64,000 nt of DNA from Haliotis rufescens (taxonomy: Eukaryota), in NCBI RefSeq assembly GCF_023055435.1, contig NW_025964334.1:14508001-14572000 (forward strand). The letters run 5' to 3'. The notes beneath the pieces are model-generated. The model was not told the DNA's origin and made no database searches. It saw only the letters and a list, made by a program, of their open reading frames with translations. Shown piece by piece: positions 38,420-52,069 of the stretch; the first letter of the stretch is position 1; each line of letters begins with the position of its first letter. A program made the translations under genes and the position numbers.

Positions 38420-39199
38420 ATAACTGAAATACTGTTGAAAGTGGTGTTAAATAAATACTTACTCACTCACTTAACTGGAGACTATTCCACTGTCAAGAGT
38501 CCATTAACATTTTAGGTCCAGACTTCGAGACTGAGACAATGGACATGTACTACAGTTATAACGAACTAAAATTAGTGGTCACTTTGAGTTCTTTATAACC
38601 ATAGTTTACCTACACTGTAAGGTAGTTTTGTGTGTGTGGAGATATAAATGTAAAAGCCGGTCATTCGTCACCACTCGTCTCTCTCCGTAACCTGCAAGAA
38701 GACTCGTCCTCCTATCCATGAATGCTATGGGCGAAAATACGACAAACCAATCAGAATACGCGTATGATTTCAAGTTCTTCGTCAAAGAAACCCTCAGAAA
38801 TAATTTTTGATTTTACATATGTCTTGCATCTAAACATTTACCCAATACAGATTTAAATATGTTCAAGCATACTGTATAATTCCGAACATCTCGGTGTGCT
38901 TTAAATTGCATCTGAAATATATATAATGTAGAAATATATGTGAACCATTACGCAACGAGTTGACAATTGGTTTAGGTATGCCCCTTTGCGCCAAGACGGA
39001 ACCCGGTCGCAAAAATAGCCATGAGAGGGCCACGAATTGCTATTCGGCTTTTCCCGGAATAACACGAGTTGGTCACGAATGAAAAGCCGGTGTGTACACT
39101 GTGTAAATCCGCCAGATGGTGTGCAGAGAATCATCTCCCAACACGTAGTCAGCAGATTAATTCCAGATTGGTGAAGGCACTTGATACATATACGATGCA

Positions 39200-39463
39200 T
39201 CCCGTGAAGACCCGGGTTAGAATAGGTCTTCAGCGACCCATGCTTGCCCTAAAAGGCGACTATGCATATGCTTGTCGTAAGAGGCGACTAACGGGATCGG
39301 GTGGTCAGGCTCGCTGACTTGGTTGATGTATGTCATCGTATTCTAATATCGTAGATCGATGCTCATGATGTCAATCACTGGATTGTCTGATCCAGACTCG
39401 ATTATTTACACACCGCCGTCATATAGCTGCAATATTGCTGAGTGCGGTGTTACACAACAAACA
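39200..39463 (+). mobile_element. Family R SINE-like element, full length
   Basis: Complete consensus from cccgtgaaga.. to the (caaa) tail. Further copies at about 40185-40448(+), 41578-41826(+), 42324-42530(-), 50395-50671(-), 63320-63527(+), 25659-25915(-), 34676-34935(-) and 21495-21680(-). Confidence 0.85.
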
Positions 39464-39575
39464 AAACGTAACAGGCTTCCCCACCCCAGTGTAACAACAT
39501 CCTAATCTACCCAACTGTATAAACTTTGCCTCATACATGTATATATGCTTTTCTACCAAACTCTGTTCATCACTT

Positions 39576-39614
39576 GCTTGATGACGGTGTTAGAACCTAC
39601 ACCGAAACGTCGCT
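39576..39614 (+). ncRNA. Minimal type-I hammerhead-ribozyme-like motif of the Penelope-repeat type (probably decayed)
   Basis: gc-TTGATGA-cggtgt[tagaacct]acacc-GAAACGTC-gc, followed by AATAAA about 13 nt downstream. Confidence 0.5.
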
Positions 39615-40874
39615 CCTAATTGTAATAAAGAAGTTTTTCTTCCATATATCTTATCCTTACTTACGATGTTATATTTTAAAAGTTGCCAATCCAGATTCAC
39701 ATGTACGATTAATGATATGTTCAAGTCATGTTTTAAAACAGTGATAAATATACCTGTGACAAATAACTCTGAAATAGACTTAATATAATTTAATTCCCAA
39801 TTGGGACTGGTAAAACCCTTTGGGGAAACCGCTGTTCACAGGGTGACGTTCAAACAACTTGTATGACAACGTGACAACACATTTAAAGAATATGCACAAA
39901 ATATCACAACTGAAGGTTAATAATATATGCATATGGAATAAAGTTGGGTATGAATCATATATGTTTATCTAAGTGGCATTTAGACAGGCTGAGTGATCAC
40001 ACGATTGCCATAGATTTCCATTTCTTTTATCATTTCAACATCTCTTTTTCTTTATATGATATTGTTATATTATTTCTAAAAAAGACCCACGAGGACTCCT
40101 AGTTAGTGTAGGTACAAAGCAACCATCATGTTGCGGTGTCAGACAACTCTCATGGCAACAAAACGTATGTTCATATGATGTCGACCCGTGAAGATTCCGG
40201 GGTAGAATAGGTCTTCAAAAACCAATGCTTGCCGTAAAAGGCGACTATGCTTGTAAAAGGCGACTAACTGGATCGGGTGGTCTGGCTCGCTGACTTGGTT
40301 GATGCACGTCATCAATCCCAATTGCGTGGATTGATGCTCATGATGTCAATCACTGGATAGTCTGGTCCAGACTCGATTATTTACAGACCGCCGTCATATA
40401 GCTGGAATATTGCTGAGTGCGGCCTTAAACGACAAACCAACCAACCAATCATATGATGTCAAGTGTCAGGTTGTGTTGTTAGTGCCCATCGTGAATGGAC
40501 GTAAATGCATTTTGTTCGCAGATGAGATGCTTTATCTTCCTACCCGCTACGAAGCAGGGCAGGGGATGTAGGTTTCGGTTCAGACGTTAATGGGGAAAAG
40601 TTTTTTCAGAAACTAATATTTTGTTTATTTTGCATACATCATTGAGTGATTTATATGTAAATTAAGTTCGAAATCCATCACAAAGTGACAGTGACTTTAT
40701 AGATATTTGTGTTAAGCCGAGTCGAAAGCCATTTAGAGCTACACAACAGCCGTATTGTGATCACCAGATAGCTATCTGATTGTGATACTCGGTCAAAGTA
40801 ACATCAGCGATCGAAGGGCATCCACATTGTTATTCAATTGAAGAGAGAAACAGGGTTTCTGGAAAGATAAATGA

Positions 40875-40948
40875 CAACACTCGTTGATAAAAGTGGCAAA
40901 AATCCTCGCCAAGCCTCGGATTTTTTCCACTTTTATCAACGAGTGTTG
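40875..40948. repeat. Hairpin-forming inverted repeat (Crypton-like non-autonomous element end)
   Basis: caacactcgttgataaaagtgg / ccacttttatcaacgagtgttg, a perfect 22-bp stem. Confidence 0.65.
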
Positions 40949-41152
40949 ATATATTTGATATCAAAAGTCACTCGGGTGAGATTCTCTATATCCAGACGCT
41001 CACGCGCTATCAGTGTCACTGATACGGCCGCGGTATCAACAATGACAACATTAGGTATGTGCATGCTATGATAGCAAACCGATTTACTCATGAATATGTT
41101 AGAGAGAGGTAAATACAAGGAAGACAGGATTGACGTATGGATTTCGACTTCT

Positions 41153-41285
41153 ATATACTACTCAAAACAAGTTGAGGACCACCCGATTCTTTCATATTAC
41201 TATAGTTAATCTGTTATGCCATGACAGATTAACTATAGTAACATGAAAGAATATGGTGGTCCTTAACTTGTTTTGAGTAGTATAT
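41153..41285. repeat. ~130-bp near-perfect palindrome (TA-flanked MITE/foldback)
   Basis: atatactactcaaaacaagttgaggaccacc..tagttaatctgt / acagattaacta..ggtggtccttaacttgttttgagtagtatat. Confidence 0.85.
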
Positions 41286-42631
41286 TTTTGCGATCCGACG
41301 TTTCGTTACAGATACATATAACCAGTTAAGGTGCTTATAAGGTACTGGTATCTGTACCCAACCGTCGTATCAAAATAATATTTGTTTGTACATTTATTTG
41401 TTAACACCATACTCGGCAATATTCAGCTCAATGACGGCGACAAGAAAATAATAGAGTCTGGACCATACAAACCAGTGACTGATATTGTAAGCATTGTTTC
41501 AGGCCGTCAGGGTTCGCTGATACGCACTCAACTAGGTCAGCGAGTCTTCCTAAATTATCAATTAAGTCGCCCTCTACCCCTGAAGTTCCGCAGGGATAGA
41601 ATAGGTCTTGAGCAACCCATGCTTGCCGTGAGAGGCGACTGACGGGATCGGGCGGTCAGGCTCGCTGACTTGGTTGATGCATGTCATCGTATCCCAATTG
41701 CGTGGACCGATGCTCATGATGTCAATCACTGGATTGTCTGGTCCAGACTTGATTACTTACAGACTGCCGTCATATAGCTGGAATATTGCTGAGTGCGGCG
41801 TTAAGCAACAATTGAAACAAACAAACTTAACTAATACTACAGCTTCTAAATGTCACTTCAAAAACACATGCATAGATTCATATACATGCTTATTCCATTT
41901 GACTTTAATTTAACAATTGTGCCATTTCATTATATGTATCTTGAAATGCCGATACCTCAAACGAAATTATAGTATTAATAGACAGTAGATATGGTAAGTA
42001 TGTGCGATAGCTCGTGAACAACAATGCTACGAATATCCATGTGTATGATATGTACGTATCCATAGGCACACTTATCTTGACCCTCATCCACGTGTGATTG
42101 ACTCAACTGCCATATCGTATATCTCTATACATCAGACATAAGTATTAACAGTTAAATGTTGACGGTATTTTCCATACAAATCATCAGATTTGAGACCATT
42201 TAGCGTAGCTCAAACTTCAGCAAGGATTATGTATATTACCTGATTGGCCTTTGATGACATACAACATGGGAGGGACACAGTCAGGTGAGATGTAACGTCT
42301 TAACGTCGCGTATGTAGGTTAGTGTTTGTTTGTTTGTTTGTTGTGTAACGCCGCACTCAGCAATATTCCAACTATATGACGGCAGTCGGTAAATAATCGA
42401 GTCTGGACCAGACAATCCAGTGATTGACTGACCACCCGATCCCGATAGTCACCATTTACGACAAGCATAGTCGATATTTACGGCAAGCATGGGTTGCTGA
42501 AGACCTATTCTACCCCGGATCTTCACGGGTCTTACAAAATTAGGTTACGTTGCATACATCATCTAAGTCATCGAGCCTGGCCACCTGATCCCGTTAGTCG
42601 CCTCTGATTTTTTTATTTGTCTTTGCATGTG

Positions 42632-42730
42632 TATCATCTGGTATCATCTGGAATCATCTGGAATCATCTGGTATCATCTGGTATCATCTGGAATCATCTG
42701 GTATCATCTGGTATCATCTGGTATCATCTA
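42632..42730. repeat. 10-bp tandem repeat (tcatctgg(t/a)a), about 9-10 copies
   Basis: Directly visible in the sequence. Confidence 0.9.
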
Positions 42731-45345
42731 CATTTGACAGTGATTCATAAACACATGGTCACGATATAGTCGGAATCGTACAATCGACTCTGCCTTTTGC
42801 AGAGATTTCTTATGAATATGGAATGGGTTCTGTCGTTGTATTTAGACCAACAATCGAAACAGGGCACATCTGGGGTTTGAACTCGCTGTCAGTGATTCAT
42901 GGCACAACTGAAGGCACGCAATCACTGCGACATGATTCATAGAAGGTACACCGCGGTACGATGACACATTATCAAACATGTCACGATCGTGTAGTTATCT
43001 CTTAAGCACAATACAATATACTTCTGGTTCATCGATCACTTGATCGTCTAGTTTGTTTACAGGCTGACGGAGTACTGTTGTGCGGCGTCAGGCAATAAAT
43101 ATTTACTTTTTTATTCAAATTGTATGAATGGAGGGTGCTATCGGTAGGTCAGATATGCTTTCCTTTTCGCGAACACCTGGTGTCATCACTGAATTTCAGT
43201 GATCCATTCATTAAATTTCCACATTTATTTTGCCCTTTACGCCAAATGGCATCTGTTTCAGCAGATAATCTAGGCTGGTTATTCTTTAGCATTAACAATT
43301 TATAATTACATATATATTGAGGCTAGTCTAACCAGTAATTCATGGAAATTGGATTCAACGTATCTGACCTACATGTATGTGTTTCAGGAGCCTGCGTTAG
43401 TACTAAATTGATGGCTCATGCAAGCAATCATTGTTTTCCTTCATTCAAGACTTCAGACGTTCGATTCCAGACCCGAATAGATCGCCCACACGCCACGCAT
43501 ACCCGAAGAGCTGACTAAGCTTGGTTAGGGTCAAGGTGTGACTAGGTTGTGTGTCACGGTTCCCCGATGTTGTGGTTCGAACCGCTGGTTTGTCTGGCCC
43601 GGACTCACAAACACAAAAAAACTCACTCTAACCTATTTTTACAAGGAGACTTTTCCTTGCGATCTTATCAAAGGTTCTGCATACTGAGATGGGGCTATAC
43701 CGTATTGAAGGAATCGTAACTTGGTCAATAAATTGATGAAATAGTGCTGACGTGACTTCAAATTTTAACTCAATCACTCATCATTATTTGACTTTTGATC
43801 CCTTTAGTGTTGATCAATTCAGTTGCTTTCTCATATTTCATCACTATTCACATCGAAGAGACTGTCTGATATAATAAGTGGGTGAGTGAGTCTGGTTTTA
43901 CGTCGATTTTAGCAACAACCGAGCAATATCACGGCTGGGAACACTAGAAATGGACTTCAAACATTGTACCCATGTGGGGAATCGAACCTGGGTCTTCGGC
44001 GTGACGAGCGAACGCTTTTATCACAAGGCTACCCCTCACTCATTCATCGTTATATCCATACTTAAAACGATGTGCCGGTTTTTTCAGGGAAGCGATCTTC
44101 ACAGCCTCTTCTATATGGCGGTAAGAAATCTTTAATTTCCTTAATCTTATTCAAATACTACTATAATCGTCCACGCAAATTTTTACTTGAGAGGCTGAGA
44201 AAAGTAACATGAAGTAGGCCAAACTATGTCAAATGTATCAAACCTATTCCAGAGCACGCGCTAGTGTTCTGGTGTAGTTGCAAGCTGCTACGACCAAGCA
44301 CGTGAAAGCACTCAGGTTGGAAAACAAAAAACTGTCATTGAGAATTCAAGTAAAAATATTCATATCGTAGTTAGCTTATTGAACGCGCCTCGTATATCAA
44401 GCCACCCTGAGTTGAGTCTATAATTTTAGGCAGGTAGAAATTGTGACTACAAACACTTCATTTTATTGTTATTATTTATTTCTATGGATCTTACCACTGA
44501 TCATGGAGAACTATAAACGTAATAAAGGGAACTACTAGTATGTTACTCTGTCATTTATATTTATTGAGTTATAACGTTGGCATGAAACATTTTAATGAAC
44601 AAATTGAGTGAGTAGGTATGGTTTTACGCCGCTTTGGGCAATATTCTAGCAATATCATGTTCCCATGTTGGGAATCGAACCCGGGTCTTCGGCGTGACAA
44701 GCGAACGCTTTAACGACTCGGCTTCCCCGTTGCCCCAATGAAAAAAGTAGTAAACACGAATGTTCAGTATGTACCTGTATCTATTCCCTATTTGCATCCA
44801 TCGGTTCTTCCTTAAACGCTTATTAATTTTTTATTGCACGTCCCCGTTCGAACGATATGAATTGAAATAAATAAAATAGCTTCCCGGTCAGTATAAGCTA
44901 CATGTACGTATGAAATGGGATACCAAATGAATACGTCATATTTCTAAGAAGTTCAGTTCTGCACTGTATTTTTCTGTTTAGTTGATTATAATAAGGTGCT
45001 TTTGATTGTGTTTATCTTAAATACTTTATTTATGTACGTACATTGTACATGTGTATTAGACATAAATAGTTTCATTCCTCGGATCACCTTGCCATTAACA
45101 CGGTAGCGTAAAGATCATACTGACATTAATAACTTCTACTATATATAGTACCTGGTTTTGTTATAACGGGGTGATTGTGACATTATAACAGGGTGATAGT
45201 GTTATCTACATTTTATCTGAACAGTGGTAGCAACTGTAAGCAACACCGGTCTTGTTAGATAAGAAGGGTAAATACAGATTCACTGTAGGATTATTATTAT
45301 TTAATCATATAATACTGCTTAAAATTTTATCAACCTCATTTACAG

Positions 45346-48300
45346 ACGAGTATGACACCCCAACAGCTTCGACCCTGTACTGCTGTTGTCTTGGAAGAAA
45401 AATAAAAATGCCCATAAAGTATGGAAGTGACCAAAAACAACAGGCATATCGCTTGCAGGAATACCCCATGTTGATAGATCCAGGTACATTTATCTACCCC
45501 TTACATATTTACTCTATGAAGATGAATTCAGGAATATGATCTACCCCTCACACATGCACTCTCTGTTGATGTATCTTCCCCTTACACGAGTATTTCATGG
45601 TGATAGATCCAGGTGCATTATTTATCCCTTACATATATATCCCATGTTGATAGATCCAGATACACTATCTATCCCTTACATATATACCCATGTTCATAGA
45701 TCCAGGTACATTATCTATCCCTTACATATATACTCCATGTTGATACATCCAGATACATTTTGTATCCCTTACATACATACCCCGTGTTGATAGATCCAGG
45801 TATATTATATATCCATTACATATATACCCCGTGTTCATAGATCCAGGAGCATTATCTATTCCTTGCATATTTACCTTATGTAAATAGACCCAGGTACATT
45901 ATCTATCCCTTTCATATATACCCCATGTTGATAGATCCATATAAGTTATCTTTCCCTTACATATATACCCCGTGTTGATAGACCCAGGTACATTATCTAT
46001 CCCTTTCATATATACCCCATGTTGATAGATCCATATAAGTTATCTTTCCCTTACATATATACCCCGTGTTGATAGATCCAGGTACATTATCTCTCTCTTA
46101 CATATATACCCCGTGTTGATAGATCCATGTACATTATCTACCCCTTACATACATACCCCATGCTGATAGATCCAGGTGCATTATCTATCCCTTAGATATA
46201 TACCCAATGTTGATAGATCCAGGTACATTTTCTATCCCTTACATATATACTTGTGTTGATAGATCCAGGTGCATTATCTATCCCTTACATATATACCCTA
46301 TGTTGATAGACCCAGGTACATTATCTATCTCTTACATATATACCCCATGCTGATAGATCCAGGTGCATTATCTATCCTTTAGATATATACCCCATGTTGA
46401 TAGATCCACGTACAATTTCTATCCCTTACATATATACTTGGGTTGATAGATCCAGGTGCATTATCTATCCCTTACATATATACCCCGTGTTGATAGATCC
46501 AGGTAAATTATCTATCCCTTACATACATACCCCATGTTGATAAATCCAGATACATTATCTATCCCTTAGATATATACCCATGTTCATAGATCCAGGTACA
46601 TTATCTATCTCTTACATATATACCCCGTGTTGATAGATACAGGTATTTTTTCTATCCCTTACATATATACCCATGTTCATAGATCCAGGTACATTATCTA
46701 TCCCTTACATATATACCCATGTTCATAGATCCAGGTGCATTATCTATCCCGTACATATATTCCCATGTTCATAGATCCAGGTGCATTATCTATCTCTTAC
46801 ATATATACCCATGTTCATAGATCCAGGTACATTATCTATCTCTTACATATATACCCCATGTTGATAGATCCAGGTACATTTTCTATCCCTTACATATATA
46901 ATTGTGTTGATAGATCCAGGTGCATTATCTATCCCTTACATATATACCCCATGCTGATAGATCCAGGTGCATTATCTATCCCTTAGATATATACCCCATG
47001 TTGATAGATCCAGGTACATTTTCTATACCTTACATATATAATTGTGTTGATAGATCCAGGTGCATTATCTATCCCTTACATATATACCCATGTTGATAGA
47101 TCCAGGTACATTATCTTTCTCTTACATATATACCCCATGTTGATAGATCCAGGTACATTATCTATCTCTTACATATATACCCCGTGTTGATAGATCAAGG
47201 TGCATTATCTGTCTCTTACATATATACCCCATGTTGATAGATCCAGATGCATTATCTATCCCTTTCATATACACCCCATGCTGATAGATCCAGGTGCATT
47301 ATCTAACCCTTAGATATATACCCAATGTTGATAGATCCACGTACATTTTCTATCCCTTACATATACACTTGAGTTGATAGATCCAGGTGCATTATCTATC
47401 CCGTACATATATTGCCCATGTTGATAGACCCAGGTACATTATCTATCCCTTACATATATACCCAATGTTGACAGACCCAGGTACATTAACTATCTCTTAG
47501 ATATATACCCCATGTTGATGAATCCAGATACATTATCTATCCCTTAGGTATATACCCATGTTCATAGATCCAGGTACATTATCTGTCTCTTACATATATA
47601 CCCCATGTTGATAGATCCAGATGCATTATCTATCCCTTTCATATACACCCCATGCTGATAGATCCAGGTGCATTATCTAACCCTTAGATATATACCCAAT
47701 GTTGATAGATCCACGTACATTTTCTATCCCTTACATATACACTTGAGTTGATAGATCCAGGTGCATTATCTATCCCGTACATATATACCCCATGTTGATA
47801 GACCCAGGTACATTATCTATCCCTTACATATATACCCAATGTTGACAGACCCAGGTACATTAACTATCTCTTAGATATATACCCCATGTTGATGAATCCA
47901 GATACATTATCTATCCCTTACATATATACCCTATGTTGATAGACCCAGGTACATTATCTATCTCTTACATATATACCCCATGTTGATAAATCCAGATACA
48001 TTATCTATCTCTCACATATATACCCCATGTTGATGAATCCAGATACATTATCTATCCCTTACATATATACCCTATGTTGATAGACCCAGGTACATTATCT
48101 ATCTCTTACATATATACCCCATGTTGATAAATCCAGATACATTATCTATCTCTTACATATATACCCCATGCTGATAGACCAAGGTACATTAACTATCTCT
48201 TACATATATACCCCATGCTGATAGACCCAGGTACATTAACTATCTCTTACATATATACCCCATGCTGATAGACCCAGGTACATTAACTATCTCTTACATA

Positions 48301-49583
48301 TATACCCCATGTTGATAGACCCAGGTACATTAACTATCTCTTACATATATACCCTATGTTGATAGACCCAGGTACATTATCTTTTCCTTACATATATACC
48401 CCATGCTGATAGATCCAGGTGTATTATCACTCCCTTACATATACCCCATGTTGATAGATCCAGGCACATTATCTATCCCTTTCATATATACCCTATGTTG
48501 ATGGATCAAGGTAAATTACATGAGTACCCCAATTTTATATTTCCGAAAGAGACATGCACATTTTATATGAAAGAAAGTATGAATACACCAAAATAAAGAT
48601 TGGGTGGTGCTTCACTCTTGTCCAGGTGTATATATGATTATTGGGAGTACCCTCTTCCAACAGTCGCTTTCCGGGTCCACTCTGCTGTTGCTGATAAGCG
48701 TTTTGGCAAGGCCATGATCAGGTTTGTTCAGCGTTCTGGACACGTGTCGCTCCAAGACACCGAAACTGATGACGTTACAGCGGTCAGTCCTCTAATTGTC
48801 TTCTGTCTCAACAACAGTTCAGTGGACGCAGATGCAGGCAGAGCTCTCAGCGAGGCTAGAGGTCAGCTTTAGACAAGTAACATCTCAAAGCATGAATGTT
48901 TCATATAAACAAGTCTTAGATAACATTTACCAAGATTGTATTTCACGAGAATATATTCTAAAATGTTTCAAGCCATTTGTATTGGATACATAATGATTCA
49001 TAATAAAATCAGAAACATGACAGAAAACCTAAAGACTGGACAGATAGAGACAGGAATTTACACTGTTTTATTATATATTTCCAGATAAAGAAAACAAATC
49101 ATCACCAAATTAATAATAATAACCTTTACTTTCTGTTCCTGGTTAGAAGAGACCATTTACGCATTAAATGTTTGGTTGCGATATTGACGTTCGAATTGCA
49201 TATAAATAATGTGTATCATGCTTCAAATGCTGAAGCTTAATATAGTACCACTTTCAAGATTATCCAGATGCTTTTAATGTTTTTAACGCTACACAAAACG
49301 TATTCCGTTCACGTTGATTTGGAGTATGAAAAGTGATGACCTTTATGTTCGTCTGTTTTCAGAGGGTAATGATGTGTTTCTGGTGGTGATCAAAAATGTA
49401 AACCCAAGCTCACCCTACAACAACACCCTCAGTCTCTCTGCTAAGAACAGGCGCCGCATTGGTGGGTGTGGAATACTTACATACTCTACGGATTCCAGGA
49501 AGTTCCAGGAAACAGATGACAATATGGACATGTTAAGGCGATTACGTCACTTCTTACTGGACGCAGTTGTTGAAATTGATTAA
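45346..49583 (+). CDS. Uncharacterised gene A with one copy of the ~130-aa alpha/beta domain (exons 45346-45483, 48664-48861, 49363-49583; 5' end uncertain, possible ATG at 45408 or upstream mini-exon 44088-44120)
   Basis: Canonical AG/GT phase-1 junctions give an open frame ..YCCCLGRKIKMPIK..YPMLIDP-VAFRVHS..SPLIVFCLNNSSVDADAGRALSEAR-EGNDVFLVVIK..RIGGCGILTYSTDSRKFQETDDNMDMLRRLRHFL..*; clearly homologous to gene B with the same intron positions. Confidence 0.75.
45462..48516. repeat. 47-bp intronic satellite (about 60+ units)
   Basis: Unit ccccatgttgatagatccaggtacattatctatcccttacatatata; includes a ~374-bp higher-order duplication (47281 versus 47655). Confidence 0.95.
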
Positions 49584-51947
49584 GCACTTAATCTTTGCAT
49601 AAACATTTACAACGACGTGCTCCAAGAAACTGTCTGATTGCCGCTCGACAATCAGTTATGTGCAAGCCTTATGGCTATGATCTTAAAAGACGACAGACAT
49701 TTGTCGTTTGCTTTATACGTATTGTGATGACAAAAACTGATGTTTTATCTTTAAGAATAATTTACAGAGGCATTAATTGTAAATTAATGTACATCCGATC
49801 TCTTTACTCTAAAATGTACCAGAAATCTAGCTTACACGACGTAGATCATTAGGATCGCGTACGTGTGAATGATTGTATATTTGCATGCATTGTGACATAC
49901 ATTACATTGTTTCTGTCTGTGATTGAGTGAGTTCGTGTACCAGGGTTCATTGTACAGCTGGTATTTCAAACCTACATGTATATGAAACGAAATGGGCTCT
50001 GCTATCTGTGCGTGTATTAACTCAATTCCATGTTCTTAATGTCCCTCTGAAAAATATAATTTGGTCGCGTATGAGTTATTTCAGGAATAAACCCTGCATT
50101 TAAAATCAGTTTGCGTCGCATTGGTGAACATATATTAACATATATCATTGACTTTTATATTTTGAATTAATTTACCTGTATTATATCAATCAACGGAATG
50201 ACTATGACGAATCGTTTTCATGGTTTTATCACATACAATTTTACCTTCAAGTTTTCACCGTGATCTACAATGTACCACGAACAAAATATACACAAATGAT
50301 GATATGTAGGTGCCGATCATCTCGATATAAACATACTCTGTTGTCAATAACACATTCTCCTTTTTGTTTTGTAATAAATTATATTATTTTAATGTTTGTT
50401 TGTTTGTTTGTTTGTTTGTTTGTTTGTTGTTTAATGCCGCAGTATCCCAGCTATATGATGGCGGTCTGTAAATAATCGAGTCTGGTCCAGACAAGCCAGT
50501 GATTGACATCATGAGCATCGATCCACCGCATTTGGGATACGGTGACATGCATCAGCAAAGTCAGCGAGCCTGACCACCCGATCCCGTTAGTTGTCTCTTG
50601 CGACAAGCATAGTCGCCTTTTAGCTCAAGAATGGGTTGCTGAAGACCTCTTCTACCCCGGATCTTCACGGGTCAAATATTATTTTAATAACTTAAAACGG
50701 CTTTGTGATAATCATTTTGTGGTGGAAAATCACTGTTGTTGCAATTGCGTCATTTATTCTCTGTTCTGTGGTTACATCTGCATTCTAAACATATCTGTGT
50801 TGCACATTTACATAATATATTCAACACGGTTTGGATTATCGGAGGTTCCAAGCCAGTAAAACATGCCTCTGATACATTCAAACAACCACACACGTGTGAG
50901 GGGAATTACAGATCAACGTCCTTCTCTATGCTTATGCTTTTGCTTGTTATTTTTATTGACAATCCCGGTATTGTAACTGCTGATATAAGCAATTGGACTT
51001 TTAAAATGGGGATGTGAGGCCACTAGACAATTTAAATGCACGTTCGAGAAAACAATGTGGGTTTTTACTCGATTATAAACGACATCGAGAAACCATACAT
51101 TTCACATTCACAGTGTTATATTACCCTTCACTGTCTTATACTATTATAATGAATAGATAATAAATGTATATGGTCGTCTTCAAAGATCATTGCTCTGTTC
51201 GATAACACCTTATACATACAAATACTACTTATTTCCATCAAGCTTGAATAGATGTCTTTAGTTACCTGCAACGTTCTTTGAAAGCCATGTTTTATATATC
51301 GAAAAATTATACATACAGTAGAATATGTGTATCTATGGCAATAGGTAATTGTATCAACAGAATCCATAAATTGTGTCTACTTTGTCAAAATCCATGAGTT
51401 CGCTGCATTATGACGTCATTTCTCATTACGTCATTTTGGCATAATACGAAGTGACGTGTCGTCAGTCCTGTTTTTCGCCATTGGAAAGATATGCATCGAT
51501 CGATTTCTGGTGTTAGTATGGGAGTAGAATATACCTGTCTGTACATACACATTGAGTATTAAGCGCATAGTACAGGTATCATGTGTCAAGTCTGTCCCTT
51601 CCACTGGAAATGAAATTTGATATGACGATACTGGTGACCTTAACGCGTATTGTTTACGTATCAGCATCTTATCTACACAATGTGATTTCAAAGGTCCCTT
51701 ACACAATACAATCGCTAATACCGAGGTAAGCATGACATCTATTTTCCTTCTTGTAACTATGCGTTGTTTGAATTTTACAACGAGGACATAACACAGTATT
51801 TTGGTTTCACTGCATATACGTTCATGGAGGCAGTAAGAGCCCGTGTATAAACTTAAGCATGTGCCATGCCATGCAATGTTACAGTGGTAGCGTGTCAAGT
51901 TTGTTTATAGTGAATGCGGGAGTGTCCGTTTATCTGTTAGGCCTGAC

Positions 51948-52069
51948 TGAAGCATGACTGTGACACGCCCCTTGGATGAAGCATAGCTGTGACACACCCC
52001 TTGGATGAAGCATGACTGTGACACACCCCTTGGATGAAGCATGACCGTGACACACCCCTTGGATGAAAC
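51948..52069. repeat. 29-bp tandem repeat, about 4 copies
   Basis: tgaagcatgactgtgacacaccccttgga repeated. Confidence 0.9.

Noticed and set aside
51431-51898. 155-aa minus-strand ORF
   Set aside because: No recognisable motif, non-ATG start and non-coding-like composition.
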